IMG/VR virus record: IMGVR_UViG_3300037851_000568
Span: 10,139 to 74,138 of that record
Direction: 5' to 3' (one strand)
From: a virus
DNA: 64,000 bases
How positions within the stretch are numbered: position 1 is the stretch's first letter; each line of letters begins with the position of its first letter. A model generated the notes under the pieces. That model was not told the DNA's origin. It did no database searches and saw nothing but the letters and a program-made list of their open reading frames with translations. Below, piece by piece: positions 52,791 through 62,924 of this stretch. A program made the position numbers and the translations under genes.

Positions 52791-54806
52791 ATGGCCAAGG
52801 GAACGACGGCGTTCGGACTCCTGTTCACGTTCAAGGACATGGCGTCCCGTCAAATCCGGTCCGCCACCAAGGGCGTGGATACCCTGTCCGTCACCATGGA
52901 AGACGCCGTTCAGAATGCCACCAAGCTTCAGAATGCCTTCGAGAAGGGCAAAGTGTCTAGATTCCGGCAGGCTGGTAGCGCGATTCTCTCGTTTGGAAAG
53001 TCCATCGCATCTGCCTCTGGGAGCACGGAGACCTTCTTGGGTTCTGTCGGCGATCTCGTTGGTGCCATTCCCATTGTCGGGCCGGTAATCGCCAAGACCG
53101 GAAGCTTCATTCTTGGAATGATGAACCGTCTCGGTGAGCTTCGAGACGAGCAGAATCGTTGGCAGGTTCAGCTGGGGACCTTGGGGTCCGACATGGCGGC
53201 CTTCATGACGCCGTTGATGGATATTTCCAACACGGTTGGCATGAACGTAACGGAGGTGGCCAAGCTGACGCGCTCCATGGGTGACGCTTCGGAGGCCGGT
53301 ATCGCCCTGACCAAATCTGCAGCCTCCGTTGCTAAGGCATTTAAGCTTGAAAACGACGAGGCCGCTGCCTTTCTCAAGACCACTGACGCGCTCGGTGTTT
53401 CAGGTCAGACCTTCAAGGAGTTGAGCGGCACTATCATCCAGCTCGGGCAGCGGTTCAAGTTGCCGGACCTGATGAGGGAGATGCCCGAAATCACCGACGA
53501 GGTGCGCAAGTCCAGCCTTCTCATGGGCAACAGCTTTGACAAGCGGATCCAGCCTGCAATCAAAAATGTGGCGAAGTCCGCCGGTATTCTCAGCAAACAG
53601 CTGGGCATGATGCCCAAGCAGGCTCTTCAGGTAGCCAAGGGCATGCTGGGCCAGTTCCAGGATCTGGCCGTGAACATGGAACGGGTGTTCACCGGCGTGG
53701 ACGATGATTTCGACGAGCGCACCCAGAACCTGATGGAGATGTTTGTCCGTTCGGGCAAGAGCGGTGCAGATGCCTTTAGCGCCATTCAGCAGGCCGCCAC
53801 GGAGGGCGACTTTACCAAGCTTGGGGACGCCTTCGCGCAGGTCATGGAAAAGGGCGGCATTGGCGCTCGCAGGATGAAGGTGCAACTGCAGAAGACGTTC
53901 GGGGCAGAGTTCCCAAAGATCATGGAAGCAGCGGCCACGGCATCCGGCAAGAGCGTGGAGGAGATGTTCCCCACGGATAAGTCGGACCCTGCCAAGCGGT
54001 TCGACGACTCTGTGAACACCATGCTCCAGAGTGCAGGGAATCTGGAGCAGAAGATCAACTCGTTGGCCGATAACTTCATCAAGAGCATGGGCGGTTCCAT
54101 GCCGTCGGCGATGAAGAAGCTGGAAGAAGGGTTTGGGACCATTCTTGGAAAGGCTGGCGAGGCTCAGGGCAAGCTGTCCGACTTCTTTGCTGGCATGGAC
54201 AAGCCTGTTGCCGAAGGCATCGGAGAGATGCTCAAGCAGTACGTGTACCCGTTCGTCGACAAGGCCTTCGACAAGATTGAAAAGGCCATCAAGCCCGTGT
54301 TCGACGGAGCCATCATTTGGGCTCAGGACATTATCCGGTGGGGCAAGGAGCTTGGTCCTTACCTGCAGTCTGCTGTCAGCGGGCTGAAGATCGCGGCGGA
54401 TATTCTTGGCGCTGTTGGTAGCGGCCTGCGGAAAATCCTGTCGTGGCTGGGGCTGGCCCAGTCGGAAGATGAAGTTGACGCGGAAAAGCTGCGTAGCAGT
54501 ATGCGTTACGCTGGTTCAGGACAGACGCTTAGCAAGGCCGACATGGAACACAATAAGGCCATCATCGACCGGCTTAACGTGAAGGGGGAGCGCGAGGCTA
54601 AAGAGGCCTTGGCTGCTCAGGCGGTTCGTGACAAGGAAGCGCAGCTTAGGTCTCAGTACATGTTTACCCGCGCTGGTATGTTCCCTCGCCAGTCTGTCCA
54701 TGTCGAAATGAAAGCCGTGGGTACGGTGGATTACAACGGTACTCAGAAGATGGAGGCTAAGAAGTCCGTCGATATGACTGGAGGGCCGGTTCCGGCTAAC
54801 AAGTAA
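52791..54806 (+). CDS. tape measure protein
   Basis: FGLLFTFKDMAS N terminus; long helical Ala/Gly-rich; position. Confidence 0.75.
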   Translation: MAKGTTAFGLLFTFKDMASRQIRSATKGVDTLSVTMEDAVQNATKLQNAFEKGKVSRFRQAGSAILSFGKSIASASGSTETFLGSVGDLVGAIPIVGPVIAKTGSFILGMMNRLGELRDEQNRWQVQLGTLGSDMAAFMTPLMDISNTVGMNVTEVAKLTRSMGDASEAGIALTKSAASVAKAFKLENDEAAAFLKTTDALGVSGQTFKELSGTIIQLGQRFKLPDLMREMPEITDEVRKSSLLMGNSFDKRIQPAIKNVAKSAGILSKQLGMMPKQALQVAKGMLGQFQDLAVNMERVFTGVDDDFDERTQNLMEMFVRSGKSGADAFSAIQQAATEGDFTKLGDAFAQVMEKGGIGARRMKVQLQKTFGAEFPKIMEAAATASGKSVEEMFPTDKSDPAKRFDDSVNTMLQSAGNLEQKINSLADNFIKSMGGSMPSAMKKLEEGFGTILGKAGEAQGKLSDFFAGMDKPVAEGIGEMLKQYVYPFVDKAFDKIEKAIKPVFDGAIIWAQDIIRWGKELGPYLQSAVSGLKIAADILGAVGSGLRKILSWLGLAQSEDEVDAEKLRSSMRYAGSGQTLSKADMEHNKAIIDRLNVKGEREAKEALAAQAVRDKEAQLRSQYMFTRAGMFPRQSVHVEMKAVGTVDYNGTQKMEAKKSVDMTGGPVPANK

Positions 54807-55135
54807 TGGCTACGTCGATCAACCGGTACAGCTGGCTTCTGCGCGATCTTCTGCGCCAGAAGGACGGGATCCAGTTCTGGGACTACTTCGAGCCCACCAT
54901 TGGACCTGACGAGCTGCTAAAGCCTCGTGAAGACGACATCGAGCACACGGTCCGGGACTTTGATCGCATCGATAACATGGCGCAGGAGGTCTACGGAGAC
55001 CCGCAGCTGTGGTGGGTCATCGCTCTCGTGAACGACCTGCGGCTCGTGCCCAACGAGATGAAGAACGGCCGGGTGTTGCGGATCCCCAGCCCGGCCTTCG
55101 TCAAAGAGAAGATGCTCATCCCGAGGACCAGCTAG
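54806..55135 (+). CDS. baseplate LysM/gp53-like (tail X) protein
   Basis: DRIDNMAQEVYGDPQLWWVIALVN..G..LRIP. Confidence 0.85.
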   Translation: MATSINRYSWLLRDLLRQKDGIQFWDYFEPTIGPDELLKPREDDIEHTVRDFDRIDNMAQEVYGDPQLWWVIALVNDLRLVPNEMKNGRVLRIPSPAFVKEKMLIPRTS

Positions 55136-56749
55136 ATGGGCTTCGACTTCTTCGGGGCCGACGTCGACATGAAGATCTGCCTCCAGCAGGGGGTGGAGCT
55201 GAATCCCGGACGTTACTCCGTGTCGCCGACCGGCCAGCCTGTCAGGAATCCGGAAGACCCGGATGTCGTTACCGTGGGCCTTCGTACGCAGCTGGGCACC
55301 GCTCCCGGATCCTCCGAGATCACCCTTCAGGGCGGCAACGTGGGCGGGGATCAGACGGAGCTTCCTCTGGGATTCTTCCGGTCCATGATGACCCGGTTCC
55401 AGATGGAGATCGGGTTCAGCCAGATTCCCAAGGTTCAGATCGACATCGAGCCGCCTTCCAACGATCTTGCGCTGGCCATGTTGAACTCCAACGTGTTCTC
55501 GTTCGGTAACGCGCTGGCCGTCAAGTTCGGGTACGTCAACTCGCCCTTCGAGTTCTTCCCCGGTCGCGGCAAGGACTACGAACTGTTCTTTCTTCTCAAA
55601 CCGGAGGTCAGGTTCGGGGACGCTATCACGTTTACGCTGCACGGTCTGGGGACCGGCATGGCCATGTCCCAGCGTGCCCAGCGGAGCATCCTGTACAAGG
55701 CCCGGTCTCCCAAGCAGATCGTGTCGGAGATCGCTCAGAGGGCCGGACTCCAGATGGTCGAGCCGAATTTCATCATCGCTCCGGGGCAGCCTATCGCAGC
55801 GTTCTCCGAGCGAACCACCAGTCCTACGGTCGCGCCGGGAAAGGCGGAGTGGGATTCCGCCCGGGACTTCGAGCAAACACAGGTATCCGACTGGGCCTTT
55901 CTGCAGGAAATCCTGTCCTCCATCCCGGGGAATCTGACCTTCCTTGTGGAAGGCGACCGGTTGATCATCCAGTCGGAGGCCCAGAGGCTGGCGGGATCGC
56001 CCAGAGCCATCTTCCGCTGGTACCACCAGCCCAAGCTGAACGCATCCACAGGGAACCTCACCTCGAACGACGAGCTTCCTATCCTGAGCTTCAACTCTGA
56101 TACTAATCTGGCCTTCTACCCCATGGCCGCCGCCGGTGTCGCCACCATCGCCGGTGTTGGTCGCGATTCCTTTACGCCCACCGGAAACAGCACCCAGTCT
56201 GTGGCTGGCAAGGACACCAGCGCCAAGAAAGGCACGTTTCCGGCCCTGGGGCAGACCACGTTGGCCAGTCCCAAGCTTGGTAATCTTCCGCAGATCACCT
56301 GCGGCAGCCAGCGTATGCTGCCCTTCGGTCCGCTGAAAGGACTGGAGGAGGCCATGCAGGTGGCGCAGGCCACCACGGCTGCACCCAACAGCCAGACCAT
56401 CGCCACCAACTTCGCTCAGGAGGGCCAGTTCTTCGGCAACTGGACGGCTGAGATCACCACCATCGGCGTGCCCACGCTGCGGCCGGGTGACCTCGTGTTG
56501 CTCAAAGGCTTCGAGACCGTGGGAACAGTGGTGGAGAAGCTCAACGGAAACTTCCTCGTGAAGAAGATGATCCATACGCTTGGCCCGGAGGGATTCGAGA
56601 CGCAGCTCACGCTGATGCGGAACTCCACTCCGGGTGAGGGCGTGCCGGTGAACGGGCCGGTCAACGCCAAGACCAGCACTGCGCCAAACACGTCTACGCG
56701 CAGAAATCTTCCCATGGACGCTGTTTTGGTCACGGACGCGTACTCATGA
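55136..56749 (+). CDS. baseplate hub protein (gp27/late control D-like)
   Basis: SDWAFLQ, IGVPTLRPG...GNFLVKK..H..GFETQ. Confidence 0.8.
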   Translation: MGFDFFGADVDMKICLQQGVELNPGRYSVSPTGQPVRNPEDPDVVTVGLRTQLGTAPGSSEITLQGGNVGGDQTELPLGFFRSMMTRFQMEIGFSQIPKVQIDIEPPSNDLALAMLNSNVFSFGNALAVKFGYVNSPFEFFPGRGKDYELFFLLKPEVRFGDAITFTLHGLGTGMAMSQRAQRSILYKARSPKQIVSEIAQRAGLQMVEPNFIIAPGQPIAAFSERTTSPTVAPGKAEWDSARDFEQTQVSDWAFLQEILSSIPGNLTFLVEGDRLIIQSEAQRLAGSPRAIFRWYHQPKLNASTGNLTSNDELPILSFNSDTNLAFYPMAAAGVATIAGVGRDSFTPTGNSTQSVAGKDTSAKKGTFPALGQTTLASPKLGNLPQITCGSQRMLPFGPLKGLEEAMQVAQATTAAPNSQTIATNFAQEGQFFGNWTAEITTIGVPTLRPGDLVLLKGFETVGTVVEKLNGNFLVKKMIHTLGPEGFETQLTLMRNSTPGEGVPVNGPVNAKTSTAPNTSTRRNLPMDAVLVTDAYS

Positions 56750-57498
56750 GCACCTTTGCGTCGTTCTGGGATACCTTCATCAAGTTCGGGCTTGAGGCCT
56801 TCGGACGGTACTACTCCGTCTACAGGGCCAAGTGCTCCGACAACGCCGACCCCAAAAATCAGGGGAGGATCCGCGTTATCGTGGAGGCCTTGGGCAGGAC
56901 GAACGAGCTGGCCGAATGGGCGTACCCTATCACCCCGTTGGGGTCTAAGGATGCCGCGATGTTCTTCCCGCCCGAGCCTGACGATCAGGTCTACGTCATG
57001 TTCGAGAACGGCAACCCGCGATTGCCCATGTACTTGGGCGGCTGGTGGATGCCGGGAAACCTGCCGTCGTCGTTCCAGAAGAACCCGCCCACAGTACGGG
57101 GTATTGAGACCAAGAGCGGGCACAAGATCTTGTTCGATGAAGGGTCGTCCACGCCGGGAATCCAGATCGAGACCCAGCAGGGGCACAAGGTGGTCTTGGA
57201 CGATTCCTCGGGAAGCTTGGGCGTCAAGCTTGAGACTGCAGCGGGCGCAATCGTAAAGCTGAACGACACGGATCAGACGATCACGATTGCCAAGCAGGAG
57301 GGGGCTCCGCCGCTGATCCAGATCAATGCGGCGGGGCAGATCATGCTATTCTCGCCGTTTGCTGCACAGGCGTTCGTTCTGGGTACGCAATTCATCAACG
57401 ACTACTTGCAACACACTCACCCTGACCCGCAGGGCGGAGCCACTGGGCCTCCTTCGCCGAACGGCCTGTATACGTCCTTCAACATCTTTGGGCAATAG
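56746..57498 (+). CDS. baseplate spike protein (gp5/gpV OB-fold), no lysozyme domain seen
   Basis: DNADPKNQGRIRV, FFPPEPDDQVYVMFENGNP, HTHP. Confidence 0.88.
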   Translation: MSTFASFWDTFIKFGLEAFGRYYSVYRAKCSDNADPKNQGRIRVIVEALGRTNELAEWAYPITPLGSKDAAMFFPPEPDDQVYVMFENGNPRLPMYLGGWWMPGNLPSSFQKNPPTVRGIETKSGHKILFDEGSSTPGIQIETQQGHKVVLDDSSGSLGVKLETAAGAIVKLNDTDQTITIAKQEGAPPLIQINAAGQIMLFSPFAAQAFVLGTQFINDYLQHTHPDPQGGATGPPSPNGLYTSFNIFGQ

Positions 57499-57501
57499 AC
57501 G

Positions 57502-58431
57502 ATGTCGATCCCGCCGATTGATCCGAGTACCACGTGGACGGCCGACAAGGTCAAGTACGCCCTCAATCCGTCCGACTATGACCTGCTGGTCACCAAGGTT
57601 CTACCTAAAGAGGTGACCGGGGCACAGTCGACTCTGGCTGCCATCCCCAAGCTTCAGGCTCAACTGGCTGAGCAGCAGGCCACGTCCGATGCCGTGGAGA
57701 ATCTGTTCTTCGCCCTCGGGCAGTACATCGGGGGTTTGGAGCAGGAGGCGGAAGGGCTCAATGGTCGGGTGGTGGTTCCTATTACTTCTACGGATATCGA
57801 CGACGGCAAGACTGGTACTGGCGTGTTGTTTACTCCGCCTCCGCCGAAACCCGATCCGGTCACGGATCCTGTGGAGTTTACGGGACCGCTGCGCAAGGCG
57901 GACCTGTTTGGCGGTACTCTTGCAGGGGCTGCCAATGAGACGGATGGTCTGGCGAATGAGCTTCCGTACCTGTCCATTGGTGTTCCCACTCCCGCCGACA
58001 ACACGGCGTGGCAGGCAACGCTGACGGAGGAAGCGACGGGCCTGGCCAAGCAGGCGGCTGGATTGGCCATCGTAGCCGCAGCCCCGTGGAACTTGCCGGT
58101 GGGAACCGAACAGGCGCTAGTCGCAGCTGCTCAAGCGGCTGTGGCCTACCACCAGACCTTGAACTTGTTGACGATGACGGGGGTCCAGAAGACGGCCCGG
58201 ATCGCGGCAATCGGCGTCCGGCAGGCCGAAGTGGCGGCCCGGGTGACGGCCAACGACACCCAGAGGAACGCCGAGTACGAGATGCGGTTCCAGATCCTCG
58301 ATTCGCTCCTGAACACTCCTCACGGCTTTGGGCGCTTCGAGGCGGTGACCCAGAAGGTGCTGGCGTACGTCACGGAACACAAGGATTTCTACGTGAATTT
58401 TGATAAGATCTACTCTGCTGTGATTGGCTAG
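57502..58431 (+). CDS. hypothetical baseplate-region protein
   Basis: Long ORF between the spike and gp25. Confidence 0.7.
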   Translation: MSIPPIDPSTTWTADKVKYALNPSDYDLLVTKVLPKEVTGAQSTLAAIPKLQAQLAEQQATSDAVENLFFALGQYIGGLEQEAEGLNGRVVVPITSTDIDDGKTGTGVLFTPPPPKPDPVTDPVEFTGPLRKADLFGGTLAGAANETDGLANELPYLSIGVPTPADNTAWQATLTEEATGLAKQAAGLAIVAAAPWNLPVGTEQALVAAAQAAVAYHQTLNLLTMTGVQKTARIAAIGVRQAEVAARVTANDTQRNAEYEMRFQILDSLLNTPHGFGRFEAVTQKVLAYVTEHKDFYVNFDKIYSAVIG

Positions 58432-58442
58432 GAGAGAGGCGG

Positions 58443-58817
58443 GTGGCCAAGTTCAAGGGCTACAAGTTCCCCTTCCAGAAGTCGGGGTCTGCCGTTCCCG
58501 CCAGTGCCATTCCGCCCCAGCTCCTTTCCGATTCCATCAAGCAGATCCTGCTTACCGAACAGGGTGAGCGGGTCATGCGGCCTGACTTCGGAACGCGCCT
58601 CCGCCGGAAACTGTTCGAGAGCATTGATCAGGCGCTGGTGAAGGAGATCCAGAAGGAAGTGGTTATGGCCATCGCCCGGTGGGAGCCCCGGGTTGAGGTG
58701 GTCAAGGTTGAGGTGTTCCAGGAGACCAACAACCCGACCCAGGTCACTGTGAACGTCACGTTCGTCGCACTGGGCAAGGAAACGGAGACCGGTCCGGTCT
58801 TGATCGGAGCGGGCTAG
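58443..58817 (+). CDS. baseplate wedge protein (gp25/gpW-like)
   Basis: ILLTEQGERVMRPDFG, WEPRV. Confidence 0.92.
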   Translation: MAKFKGYKFPFQKSGSAVPASAIPPQLLSDSIKQILLTEQGERVMRPDFGTRLRRKLFESIDQALVKEIQKEVVMAIARWEPRVEVVKVEVFQETNNPTQVTVNVTFVALGKETETGPVLIGAG

Positions 58818-58819
58818 AG

Positions 58820-60793
58820 ATGGCCGTTATCATTCCTCCTGCAGCCAAGAACCTCACGAGGTCGAAGTTCCTCGGCAAGGACTTCGACACCTACGTGCAG
58901 GAGATCACGCAGTACATGCAGCTGCAGTTCGATCCCACCACCTTCAACAACTTCTTCGCGTCGGAGCTGGGGGTGATGCTGGTGGAGACGGTGGCGTATG
59001 CCCTGTCGCAGGCCAGCTGGTACATCGACCGTCAGGTGGGCGAGAACTTCCTCGAAACGGCCGTTCTCAGGAACAGCGTTGCAAGGTTGTGCCGCCAGAT
59101 CGGGTTCCGCATGCCGGGGGCCGTGGCCCCGTCGGTCGATCTCGAAGTCAGCTTTGCGGCTCCGCAAGCCTTCAACGTGGAGATCCCCAAGGGTTTCGAG
59201 TACCAGTCCTCCAGCGGACTGATCTACCAACAGACGGCCGACCTGATCTTCACGGCCGGTGAAGTTGGTCCGAAGGTCGTCACGGTCATTCAGGGCGAGA
59301 CCCGCGAGGAATTCTTCGTCTCCGATGGAACCCCTAATCAGATCTTCCAGCTCCGCAACATCCTGTCCGGTGAGTTCATTGCCGAGGGTACTTCGGTGGT
59401 GTCCATCGACAACGTCATCTGGGATCCGCAGGACTTCCTCACGTTCGACCAGACCAACCAGTACGAGGTGGAGCTGAACCGGGAGCCGCCCCAGATCAGA
59501 TTTGGCGACGGATTCGCCGGGAACATCCCGCCTAACGGGGCGGACATCCGGGTGAGCTACGTCACCACCAAGGGCACCGCTGGCAAGGTGCTGGCTGGAG
59601 AGATCACGCAGTCTCGTGCTCCGCTGGTCGTGGGTGTGGACGAGATCCCGCTCATCATCAACAACCCGTCGGCTTCCACCGCTGGTGGCGAAGCCATGGC
59701 CTTGTCCGAGGCACGGGTGCTCGCTCCGCAGGTGTTCTCCACTGCCAAGCGCCTCGTGACAAAGGAGGACTACGACGCGGTGATCAACGCGTTCGTAGAT
59801 CCGATCTTCGGCCGGGTGGCCATCGGCGGCGCAAACATCGTCCGCAGCTTCTTGGACGACAACTATTTCGTGCAGGACCTTGAGAATCTCAACACCCTCT
59901 GTGGTTATGTGCAGGCCCAGCTGGTGGTCCACTCCACAGCTGCCAATGGAAACGTGACCTACACGGCCAAGCCCGTCGGAGCAGCTGGGAATACCATTCA
60001 GGTGGCCCAGCAGAACAACGGCGTCAGCCTGCCGCTGGTGGTGTCTGTGGTTGGGCAGGATATCACGGTCCAACTGGCCACGAACGGGCTTGGTGCGGTG
60101 ACGTCTACGGCCAACGATGCGGTCACCGCCATTCAAGCCAGTGCGGCGGCCAACGCCCTCGTCAATGTGGTTGCCGAGGGGACTGGAGCCGGGCTGGCGG
60201 GGGTGCTAGCCTCCCTGACGGCCTTGTCCGGCGGTGGTGACAACACCGCCGTCCAGAACATCATCAAATTCGACAGCCTGATGCCTCCGGCCACATGGGG
60301 AACCCTTCCCCAGCAGTTCGACGAGATCTACTCGGCTGCCTGCAAGGCCAACCTTGTGGAGGTGCAGATTCTGGCGGCGGACTCCTCCGGAAGGTACATT
60401 GCCCCTACGGTCGGACTGGCGCAGGCCCTCAAGGCCGAGCTGGAGACCATGAAGGAGTCCACGGTCCAGATTCTGGTCTTCGACGGTTCCCGCAACCTGT
60501 TCTCGGTCAACGCCGCAGTGGCGATCAAGGTCATCGACGGGTACGATAGCGTGGTCGTGTCCAACAACGTCAAGCTTGGCGTTGAGGACCATTTGCTGAA
60601 CAGGAAGTACGGAGAGTCGGTTCGGATCAGCGACGTCTATGCCATCGTGGAGGCCGTCGAGGGTGTAAAGTACAGCCATGTCAGCTTCACGGTGCCGACG
60701 GCTCCGACGAAGGTCGATCCGACCACCGGTGATGTCCTGATCGATGAAGACGAGGTCGTAACCTTGGGACAGGTCGTCGTTTCGCTTATTTGA
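58820..60793 (+). CDS. baseplate wedge protein (gp6/gpJ-like)
   Basis: KDF..., RFGDG..G.IP, YVTTKGTAG, RLVTKEDY. Confidence 0.9.
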   Translation: MAVIIPPAAKNLTRSKFLGKDFDTYVQEITQYMQLQFDPTTFNNFFASELGVMLVETVAYALSQASWYIDRQVGENFLETAVLRNSVARLCRQIGFRMPGAVAPSVDLEVSFAAPQAFNVEIPKGFEYQSSSGLIYQQTADLIFTAGEVGPKVVTVIQGETREEFFVSDGTPNQIFQLRNILSGEFIAEGTSVVSIDNVIWDPQDFLTFDQTNQYEVELNREPPQIRFGDGFAGNIPPNGADIRVSYVTTKGTAGKVLAGEITQSRAPLVVGVDEIPLIINNPSASTAGGEAMALSEARVLAPQVFSTAKRLVTKEDYDAVINAFVDPIFGRVAIGGANIVRSFLDDNYFVQDLENLNTLCGYVQAQLVVHSTAANGNVTYTAKPVGAAGNTIQVAQQNNGVSLPLVVSVVGQDITVQLATNGLGAVTSTANDAVTAIQASAAANALVNVVAEGTGAGLAGVLASLTALSGGGDNTAVQNIIKFDSLMPPATWGTLPQQFDEIYSAACKANLVEVQILAADSSGRYIAPTVGLAQALKAELETMKESTVQILVFDGSRNLFSVNAAVAIKVIDGYDSVVVSNNVKLGVEDHLLNRKYGESVRISDVYAIVEAVEGVKYSHVSFTVPTAPTKVDPTTGDVLIDEDEVVTLGQVVVSLI

Positions 60794-60799
60794 TGCCTA

Positions 60800-61203
60800 A
60801 TGAGAATTCAGCCGCAGCCGTATGACGTCGACATGGTGCGTTTTTACGCAGAGGGTCGTTCTTCGGACGAGGTTGCTCGGTTGCTTAATAAGTCCCCGAA
60901 CACTGTGCGTAGCAGGCTGCGGATCTTGGGCAAGACTCGTTCGCGAGGCAGCGTGCGTCGGGATACGCGGCACGTTGAGCTGGATGAGGTTGTGCGCCTT
61001 TGGAAAGAGGGGTTGACTTCTCGGGAGATCGGTAAGCGTTTCGGTGTTAGCCACCGCGCAATTATGATGGGCGGAGAAACGCCGTGCATCACATCAACTA
61101 CGACAAGCAGGATTGCCGCATGTCGAATTTGATTACGCTGTGCGTGTCCTGTAACATCAAGGTGAACAACAACCGGCCGTTCTGGCAGAAGTTTTTCATG
61201 TAG
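60800..61203 (+). pseudogene. frameshifted HTH-HTH-HNH homing endonuclease
   Basis: Two HTH units in the 60800 frame; VHHINYDK..NLITLCVSCN..RPFW in the -1 frame, ending TAG 61201-61203. Confidence 0.7.
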
Positions 61204-61268
61204 AAGACGGCGACGGTCGTAACCTTGGGCACCGTGACGGTGTCCCTGATTTAGGGAGGAGGAACAGA

Positions 61269-61646
61269 ATGGTGTCCATTCCGCAGTTGAGCTGGGCGTA
61301 CCCCATTGCGTCGTCCGGCTTTCCCACTACTGCACCCATCAATGTCCAGACCGAGCTGACTGGCGCGGTTGAGGACGGTTCGCTGCTCTGGGACGCCGGT
61401 GGCGAGGTCACCAATCAGCCCGGCGGTCTGGCCATCGGGATTCTGCCTACGTCCTTCACCAGCACCACCTACGGAACGGTTCCCGTGGCGTCGGCCCAGA
61501 ACGTGGTGACGGTTCGGTCCAAGGCCGGGGCTCAGGTGGTTCTGGTCGGAGCCTTTACGATCTACCCCACCCGCCTGCTGGTGAAGCGCGACGGGACGAT
61601 CCGGATCGACTGGGAACTCAACCTCCAGTCCGGGATTACGGCATGA
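61269..61646 (+). CDS. hypothetical baseplate/tail protein
   Basis: SD GGAGGAGG. Confidence 0.7.
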   Translation: MVSIPQLSWAYPIASSGFPTTAPINVQTELTGAVEDGSLLWDAGGEVTNQPGGLAIGILPTSFTSTTYGTVPVASAQNVVTVRSKAGAQVVLVGAFTIYPTRLLVKRDGTIRIDWELNLQSGITA

Positions 61647-61930
61647 GCGAGATCCGAAAGCTTCTGGCTGAACTGCGGGACGTCGCCACCATGGGACGGA
61701 GGGATCCGACCATCGGCGAATTCTTGCAGGCTCACGTTCACGAGGCTTTCACCGTCGCGGCCGACAAAATGGCCCAGATGGGCTACCTTTCGACGGACGA
61801 GCGCATTGCACTGTCGTCCGCCGTGGGCGACATGCTTGAGACGTTCCGAACGGCCGCATCCCAGAAGTGCCCGGCCTCCGACAAGGTCATCCTGCATTGG
61901 GACGCCACCAACAAGTTGATGGAGAGGTAG
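61643..61930 (+). CDS. hypothetical protein
   Basis: ATGA-coupled; IRKLLAEL N terminus. Confidence 0.65.
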   Translation: MSEIRKLLAELRDVATMGRRDPTIGEFLQAHVHEAFTVAADKMAQMGYLSTDERIALSSAVGDMLETFRTAASQKCPASDKVILHWDATNKLMER

Positions 61931-61931
61931 A

Positions 61932-62912
61932 GTGGCGATCAGACTTACGCCCCGTTTGAAGTATCCGTTCCCCGACTTCCTTACGGATCCGTATTTCGAC
62001 GAGATCACCTCGTTCTTCCTGGGGGTGGACGGGACGAACTGGGCGGTCACGGAGGATCGGAACCTCTTCACCAGCGGCGGCGGTGTTCTGACGCTGGATG
62101 GCGTCGCCAACACCCTGACGTGGACGATGCCGATTTACCTCCAGACGTTTTCGGTCGGCATCACGTGGCAGCTGATGCCGACGACGGTGACCATCTTCCC
62201 GGGACAGATCCTCTGGGCGGAGGTCGACCGCCGGTCCCTGGAGGTGAACCCGGCCACGACCCGCACGGTATCCCCGACGGTCACCAACATCCTGCTGAAC
62301 TCCGACCCTCAGAAGCTGCAGGACAAGATCGTTCTTGGATTCCGCCGGGGGAACTCCTTCTACTGGCGCACCGGCTGCGTGATCACCGACGGCTCCCCGT
62401 CCACCTGCCTTGAGGATGGGTGCTGTGGCTCCAGCGCCTTGGCAGACCTGATGGTCTACAACGAGACTCCGACCGAGGTGCCGGACGGGGTCGTCATCAA
62501 CTTCACGACCGTCGAGGCCTACGAGACCGGCACGCTCCGGGTCTACCTCGACGGCATGCGGATGCAGAAAGGCGTCGACTGGATCGAGATCAACCCGACC
62601 ACGTACCAGTTCACGACCGCCCCGTCGGTCGGGATGGTCATCGTGGTGGACTACATCAAGGACGAGGCTGGTCCGTCCTTCGCCAACCAATTCGTCTACA
62701 ACGAGGTTCCGACCGGGGTAATTGACGGCGTCAACGCCAACTTCACGACGGCTTTCGATTACATCGGCAACAAAATCGAGGTATATCTGGATGGGCTGCG
62801 GATGCAGCGCGGCGTGGACTGGGTGGAGACCGGCGCGGACTCCATGCAGTTCACGACGCCCCCGGCGATTGGTCAGATTCTGGTGGTGGACTACCTGAAG
62901 CTGACCCCGTAG
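61932..62912 (+). CDS. tail fibre/baseplate attachment protein with two tandem ~70-aa repeats
   Basis: VYNE.PT.V.DGV..NFTT...VYLDG.RMQ.GVDW.E occurs twice. Confidence 0.75.
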   Translation: MAIRLTPRLKYPFPDFLTDPYFDEITSFFLGVDGTNWAVTEDRNLFTSGGGVLTLDGVANTLTWTMPIYLQTFSVGITWQLMPTTVTIFPGQILWAEVDRRSLEVNPATTRTVSPTVTNILLNSDPQKLQDKIVLGFRRGNSFYWRTGCVITDGSPSTCLEDGCCGSSALADLMVYNETPTEVPDGVVINFTTVEAYETGTLRVYLDGMRMQKGVDWIEINPTTYQFTTAPSVGMVIVVDYIKDEAGPSFANQFVYNEVPTGVIDGVNANFTTAFDYIGNKIEVYLDGLRMQRGVDWVETGADSMQFTTPPAIGQILVVDYLKLTP

Positions 62913-62924
62913 GAGAGGTGGGGA

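Noticed and set aside
56746-57498. gp5-type tail lysozyme
   Set aside because: Only an OB-fold and beta-repeat spike are visible, with no glycoside-hydrolase motif.
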